NCBI GenBank assembly: GCA_049423385.1
Contig: JBMSQQ010000089.1
Coordinates: forward strand, 1-13,830
From: Silvanigrellaceae bacterium
GTDB taxonomy: Bacteria; Bdellovibrionota_B; Oligoflexia; Silvanigrellales; Silvanigrellaceae
Length of the DNA: 13,830 nt
Direction of reading: 5' to 3'
The notes beneath the pieces were generated by a model, which did no database searches, was not told the origin of the DNA, and saw only the letters and a list, made by a program, of their open reading frames with translations. Shown one piece after another: positions 8,167-13,830 of the stretch. A program made the translations under genes and the position numbers. Position 1 is the stretch's first letter. The number at the start of each line of letters is the position of its first letter.

Positions 8167-8664
8167 TTAAAAGACATCCGATGTGCAGGCACAGTTGTAT
8201 GCCGACTTGTTCGAGCTTTCCCGCCAATCCTTCAATGCCTTTTCGTTGGCTTCAGGCCAGTATTTTACACTGCGTTGATAAACCCGTGCGTCCACTGCCA
8301 ATCCGGTTTTTCGACTGAGAGCCCCCTCGCAGACACAACCTCTAATCTTCGGTTGAGCGCACTTTTCGCGAGCCAAATATGCACGGTCGCCATAGCTCAA
8401 GCAAGTCGCTGCCAGGTTCGCGTTCAACTGAAACTGGTCCGCAGCGCTCGCTCTGTTTGACATGTACAACTCATCGCAATTTTGCTCTTTGCCGGAGTCA
8501 GCTCCAACAAACTGCCAGTGACAACTCGCCATGAAAGAATACCCGCGAGGTGGCAAACTTGAGGATTGCAACAACGGTTCGAGACTCGCCGTGGAGGAGG
8601 TGCACGCTGCAGTCAACACGACGGCAGTTGCAGCAATGACCGCCGACAATGATTTGCCCGACAT
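8167..8664 (-). CDS. Hypothetical cysteine-rich lipoprotein
   Basis: Strong SD (GAGGGGAGGA, 8671-8680, minus strand), signal peptide with lipobox LTAA-C (Cys21), and eight further Cys including two CxC pairs. No family recognised. Confidence 0.75.
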   Translation of the reverse strand: MSGKSLSAVIAATAVVLTAACTSSTASLEPLLQSSSLPPRGYSFMASCHWQFVGADSGKEQNCDELYMSNRASAADQFQLNANLAATCLSYGDRAYLAREKCAQPKIRGCVCEGALSRKTGLAVDARVYQRSVKYWPEANEKALKDWRESSNKSAYNCACTSDVF

Positions 8665-8694
8665 AAAACTTCCTCCCCTCGTCTATTGTTGAGT

Positions 8695-8722
8695 GAATCG
8701 GAACTTCGTTTGTACAAGTTTA
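8695..8722 (-). promoter_or_regulatory. Candidate sigma28 (FliA)-type promoter of the Cys-rich lipoprotein gene
   Basis: Minus strand reads TAAAC (8722-8718)-N15-TCCGATTC (8702-8695), ending 14 nt upstream of the SD. Same spacing as the motif at 4861-4888. Confidence 0.42.
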
Positions 8723-8729
8723 ACTTGTA
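8713..8729. promoter_or_regulatory. Perfect palindrome TACAAGTT-T-AACTTGTA, candidate transcription-factor operator
   Basis: Two 8-bp inverted arms with a 1-nt spacer in intergenic DNA. The spacer is too short for a typical RNA hairpin loop. Confidence 0.5.
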
Positions 8730-8831
8730 TTTTTTGGCTCGGATTCAGGTCTTCGCCCGTGTTGGTTTTTAAGGTTCAAGTGTTCAAAATAACTATAAAT
8801 TTTTGATGTTGGCTTTTTCGTCAAAGGCGAC

Positions 8832-8866
8832 AAAAAGGGGAGTCCCAAAACAGGGACTCCCCTTTT
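8832..8866 (-). terminator. Rho-independent terminator of groESL (possibly bidirectional)
   Basis: Perfect 14-bp inverted repeat AAAAGGGGAGTCCC / AAAACA / GGGACTCCCCTTTT with T-tracts on both strands, 26 nt downstream of the groEL stop. Confidence 0.9.
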
Positions 8867-8892
8867 CCAGAGTATTGGTGAGGGCAGGTTGA

Positions 8893-10578
<1,686 letters not shown>

Positions 10579-10612
10579 TTAAAAAACCGAAGTGAATCTG
10601 AAACTTTTTTCC

Positions 10613-10909
10613 TTAGCCTTCAACAACTGCCAGAACTTCTTCTTCCTTGACGAGAAGATGTTCGGTGCCGTCGATCTTGACTTCGGTTCCGCTCCACTTG
10701 CCGAACAAAATGCGGTCGCCAACCTTGACTTCCAGGGGGCGACGAGTGCCGTTTTCGAGAGTCTTGCCATTGCCAACTGCAATCACTCGACCTTCAGCAG
10801 GCTTTTCTTTGGCGTTGTCTGGAAGAAGAATTCCACCGGCAGTCTTTTGCTCAGCTTCTACGCGCTGGACGAGGATTCGATCATTCAACGGACGGATTGA
10901 TTTTGCCAT
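10613..10909 (-). CDS. groS: Co-chaperonin GroES (Cpn10)
   Basis: [14 protein letters not shown], mobile loop [25 protein letters not shown] and [25 protein letters not shown] at 10916-10920 (minus strand) supports the start at 10909 rather than 10966. Confidence 0.98.
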   Translation of the reverse strand: MAKSIRPLNDRILVQRVEAEQKTAGGILLPDNAKEKPAEGRVIAVGNGKTLENGTRRPLEVKVGDRILFGKWSGTEVKIDGTEHLLVKEEEVLAVVEG

Positions 10910-10982
10910 GTGAGGCCTCCCTGGTAATTCAACTACGATGCACATCTGCGGGGCGTCATACCCCAAGAACTCTTCGCGGGAA

Positions 10983-11010
10983 AGGCTAAGCGGACTCTTA
11001 AACCTGTCAA
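10983..11010 (-). promoter_or_regulatory. Candidate sigma70-type promoter of groESL
   Basis: Minus strand reads (CCC)TTGACA (11010-11005)-N16-TAGCCT (10988-10983): a perfect -35 and a -10 keeping the conserved T, A and final T. Confidence 0.55.
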
Positions 11011-11018
11011 GGGATCAA

Positions 11019-12650
11019 TCAACAGAGGACGGTGTCCTTGCTGAAGTTGGCATCGTCCAGTTGAGGGTAATCCAAGGAAAAATGGATGCCCCGGCTCTCT
11101 TTCCGGGCGCGTGCACATTTCACGGTGAGCGCAGCAACTGCTGCAAGATTACGCACCTCAAGGAGTGATCGGCTCGGGACAACGTCCCAATAATAGTTTT
11201 CGATTTCCTCGGAAATCTGGCGGATGCGAGCATCGGCGCGTGCCAAACGTTTGTCCGAACGGACGATGCCCACGTAATTCCACATGGTTCGGCGGATTTC
11301 ATCCCACAGCTGACTCACCACGACCATTTCATCAGGCTCGCAGGCTTTGCCAAGTTGCCATTTCGGGACCTTTGGAAGCGGGTTGGATTTGATGGAATCC
11401 CAAAGGGTTCGCACATCTTCAAAAATGAATCCGGCGAACACGAGCCCTTCCAGCAGGGAATTTGATGCGAGACGGTTGGCGCCATGCAAGCCCGTGCAGG
11501 CCACTTCGCCCAGTGCCCAAAGCGACTTGATACCGGTGCGTCCCCGCGAGTCTGTCACCACGCCGCCGCAGCTGTAGTGGGCTGCAGGCACAACTGGAAT
11601 GGGCTCCTTCGTGATGTCGATGCCAAGTTCCAAACATGTTGAGTAGATGTTTGGAAAATGTTGTCGGACGAAATCAGAAGGTTTGTGTGAAATGTCGAGC
11701 AAGACAAAGGGTTCACCAGTCTTCTTGATTTCGGCGTCGATAGCCCTGGCAACAATGTCGCGGGGAGCCAGTTCCTTGCGTGGGTCGACGTGTTCCATGA
11801 AGCGCTCGCCCTTGCGGGACAACAGTATGCCTCCCTCGCCGCGGATGGCTTCAGTGATCAGAAAGTTTTTTTCCTTGGGGCTGAACAGGCAGGTTGGGTG
11901 AAACTGCATGAATTCGAGATTGGCGACCCGGGCACCGGCGCGCCAGGCCATCGCCACGCCATCTCCAGAAGCGATGTCCGGATTGGAGGTATACAGGTAA
12001 AGCTTTCCATGACCGCCAGTTGCGAGAAAAGTGCACTTTGCCAAAAAAGAGCGCACCTCACGCTGTTTTTCGTCCAACACATAGGCGCCCAAGGACCGGT
12101 TTCTTGAAAAATCGGGGCAGGCCTTGTCCGTGACAATCAGGTCGATGCAGGTGTGGAATTCAAAAACGGATACGTTGGGATTTTCCCTGAGACTGCGCAC
12201 CAGTGCCTTTTGGACTGCCATTCCCGTCATGTCATCGGCATGAATGATTCGGCGTGCACTGTGTCCGCCTTCGCGGGTCAGGTGATATTCAAAGTCAGGA
12301 CTTTTTGAGTCCGCCGGTGTGAACTGCACGCCAAGGTCGATAAGCTCCTTGATGGCCTGTGGACCAGAGCCGACCACCTTGCGAACCACATCCTCGTGAC
12401 AAAGGCCAGCTCCCGCTGCAAGTGTGTCTTGCGTATGTGATTCGTAGCTGTCGTGCTCAAGAAAAACACTTGCGATACCACCCTGCGCGTAACGGGTGTT
12501 TGTCTCGTGGAGCTCATCTTTGCAAACAATTGCAACTTTTCCGAGCTGTGCGAGTTTCAGAGCCAAACTTGCGCCAGCAATTCCACTCCCGATAACCAAA
12601 AAGTCAAAAGAAAAATCGTCGCCCACCGACAGAAATTTTTCACCTTGCAT
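11019..12650 (-). CDS. nadB: L-aspartate oxidase
   Basis: FAD-binding VIGSGIAG, NTRYAQGGIA, HLTREGGHSARRIIHA, EFMQFHPT, LITEAIRGEG, ELAPRDIVARAI, PAAHYSCGGV, TGLHGANRLASNSLLEG and RKESRGIH. Confidence 0.96.
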   Translation of the reverse strand: MQGEKFLSVGDDFSFDFLVIGSGIAGASLALKLAQLGKVAIVCKDELHETNTRYAQGGIASVFLEHDSYESHTQDTLAAGAGLCHEDVVRKVVGSGPQAIKELIDLGVQFTPADSKSPDFEYHLTREGGHSARRIIHADDMTGMAVQKALVRSLRENPNVSVFEFHTCIDLIVTDKACPDFSRNRSLGAYVLDEKQREVRSFLAKCTFLATGGHGKLYLYTSNPDIASGDGVAMAWRAGARVANLEFMQFHPTCLFSPKEKNFLITEAIRGEGGILLSRKGERFMEHVDPRKELAPRDIVARAIDAEIKKTGEPFVLLDISHKPSDFVRQHFPNIYSTCLELGIDITKEPIPVVPAAHYSCGGVVTDSRGRTGIKSLWALGEVACTGLHGANRLASNSLLEGLVFAGFIFEDVRTLWDSIKSNPLPKVPKWQLGKACEPDEMVVVSQLWDEIRRTMWNYVGIVRSDKRLARADARIRQISEEIENYYWDVVPSRSLLEVRNLAAVAALTVKCARARKESRGIHFSLDYPQLDDANFSKDTVLC

Positions 12651-12678
12651 GGAATCACCCCGAAAACGACTTCTGGCC

Positions 12679-12708
12679 TTGCCCCTCTGCTTTCCGAACG
12701 GATATACT
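12679..12708 (+). promoter_or_regulatory. Candidate sigma70-type promoter for the lpoB-like gene
   Basis: TTGCCC (12679-12684)-N18-TATACT (12703-12708) in the 95-nt divergent nadB/lpoB spacer. Confidence 0.4.
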
Positions 12709-12745
12709 CATGCCACCGTCGGATTTTCAAAGAGAGGTCGCTTCT

Positions 12746-13363
12746 ATGACACAATTTTCAATGAAACGCATTGTTCCGTGCATGTTGGCTTTGGCAACAG
12801 CGGGTCTGACAGCCTGCCAGACCACCCAAGGCAATTATGCTGACCCTGACAAAGTGGAGATTGTTGACGATCGCTGGAACGAGACCGACGCCCGGCTGAC
12901 GGGTGAGCAGATGATTCGTTCTGCCTTGGCCAAGCCCTGGTTGAAGGAGTTCACCCGTGAAACTCAAGGCAAAAGGCCATTCGTGCTGGTTGACGACTTC
13001 GAGAACCGCACCTCGGAGCAAATCGACACCAAGGCTCTCTTTGAGTCCGTTCGCAATGAATTGATGAATAGCCAAAAGGTTCGTTTCCTCGACGGCGCTC
13101 AGCGGCAAAAGATTCTGGATGAATACAAGTATCAGCAGTCGGGAGTCGTAAAACAAGGCGCTGCCAAAGGCCCCGGCAAACAACATTCCGCGGATTTCTT
13201 CATGGTCGGCGCTATTTCGAGCCAGGTTGCCGAGGCAGATGGCTACAAGACAGTCACTTACCAAGTGGAAATGCGACTGACGAACATCGAGACTTCTGAA
13301 ATTGCGTGGACGGAAATCAAGAAGCTCAAGAAGCAGTTCCGCCGCAGCCGGTTCGGGCTCTGA
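12746..13363 (+). CDS. LpoB-family (penicillin-binding protein activator-like) outer-membrane lipoprotein
   Basis: SD GAGAGGT (12732-12738) before ATG 12746 (alternative ATG 12761), lipobox GLTA-C, and family-like segments WNETDA, VLVDDFENRTSEQIDT, ADFFMVGAISS and YQVEMRLTNIETSEIAW. Family assigned from remembered motifs. Confidence 0.8.
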   Translation: MTQFSMKRIVPCMLALATAGLTACQTTQGNYADPDKVEIVDDRWNETDARLTGEQMIRSALAKPWLKEFTRETQGKRPFVLVDDFENRTSEQIDTKALFESVRNELMNSQKVRFLDGAQRQKILDEYKYQQSGVVKQGAAKGPGKQHSADFFMVGAISSQVAEADGYKTVTYQVEMRLTNIETSEIAWTEIKKLKKQFRRSRFGL

Positions 13364-13406
13364 GCTGGACAGCTCACTGCCAGAGCAGTATGAGCATTTT
13401 CTGGTC

Positions 13407-13437
13407 TGGCGGGACGATCGGGTCCTGCCAATCTTTT
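13407..13437 (+). other. GC-rich stem-loop upstream of frr (possible weak terminator or leader structure)
   Basis: TGGCGGGAC / GATCGG / GTCCTGCCA (9 bp with one G-U pair) followed by ATCTTTT. Confidence 0.5.
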
Positions 13438-13453
13438 ATCGAGGATACCTAAA

Positions 13454-13830
13454 ATGGATAAAGCCACATTGGTTGGAAAAGTTAAGGAAGGCATGGAAAA
13501 GTCAATCAAGTCGTTGCAGGATGACCTGACCAAAATCCGTACCGGTCGTGCATCCACAAGCTTGCTCGACGATGTTCGGGTTGAATCCTATGGTGCACGG
13601 GTTCCCTTGAAGCAAGTTGCTTCCATGGCAACTCCCGAAGCTCGATTGATCACTGTTAATCCACACGACAAGTCTCAGCTGACAGCCATCGAAAAAGCAA
13701 TTCTGACCTCCGGTCTGGGCTATACGCCGCAAAATGATGGCAAGATCATCCGCGTGCCAATTCCTGCATTGTCGGAAGAGCGCCGCAAGGAGATTGCGAA
13801 GCAGGTCAAGAAGATTGGCGAAGATGCCAA
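13454..13830 (+). CDS. frr: Ribosome recycling factor (5' part, truncated by the window end)
   Basis: Not in the ORF track because the frame is open at the window end. Manual translation from ATG 13454 (SD GAGG at 13441-13444): MDKATLVGKVKEGMEKSIKSLQDDLTKIRTGRASTSLLDDVRVESYG...PQNDGKIIRVPIPALSEERRKEIAKQVKK, with the RRF signatures IRTGRA and NDG..IR..P.L.EERRK. Confidence 0.97.
   Translation, partial: MDKATLVGKVKEGMEKSIKSLQDDLTKIRTGRASTSLLDDVRVESYGARVPLKQVASMATPEARLITVNPHDKSQLTAIEKAILTSGLGYTPQNDGKIIRVPIPALSEERRKEIAKQVKKIGEDA

Noticed and set aside
10910..10966. 19-aa N-terminal extension of GroES in the ORF track
   Set aside because: The GGAGG SD sits just upstream of the ATG at 10909, which gives a canonical 98-aa GroES.
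13302..13529. 75-aa + strand ORF spanning the lpoB-frr junction
   Set aside because: It overlaps both real genes out of frame and has no clear SD or recognisable features.

Overview
Mostly housekeeping bacterial chromosome. In order: a pyruvate dehydrogenase operon (pdhA-pdhB-pdhC, with no E3/lpdA downstream) ending in a terminator; an RluB/RsuA-family pseudouridine synthase with an unusually long, basic, repeat-containing C-terminal tail; a ~4 kb accessory block (4.8-8.8 kb); groEL-groES and nadB on the minus strand; an LpoB-family lipoprotein; and the 5' part of frr, which here does not follow pyrH. The accessory block encodes a vWA/MIDAS lipoprotein, an orphan MASE1-type hybrid histidine kinase and a convergent Cys-rich lipoprotein. 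I found no rRNA, tRNA, CRISPR array or mobile element. The most interesting signal is that both orphan lipoprotein genes flanking the kinase have a similar sigma28/FliA-like promoter motif just upstream of the ribosome-binding site, and one of these is overlapped by a perfect palindrome. This is a hypothesis from motif reading, not a demonstrated new system. The gene style suggests a Bdellovibrionota/Oligoflexia-like or other deltaproteobacteria-like organism (low-confidence inference).
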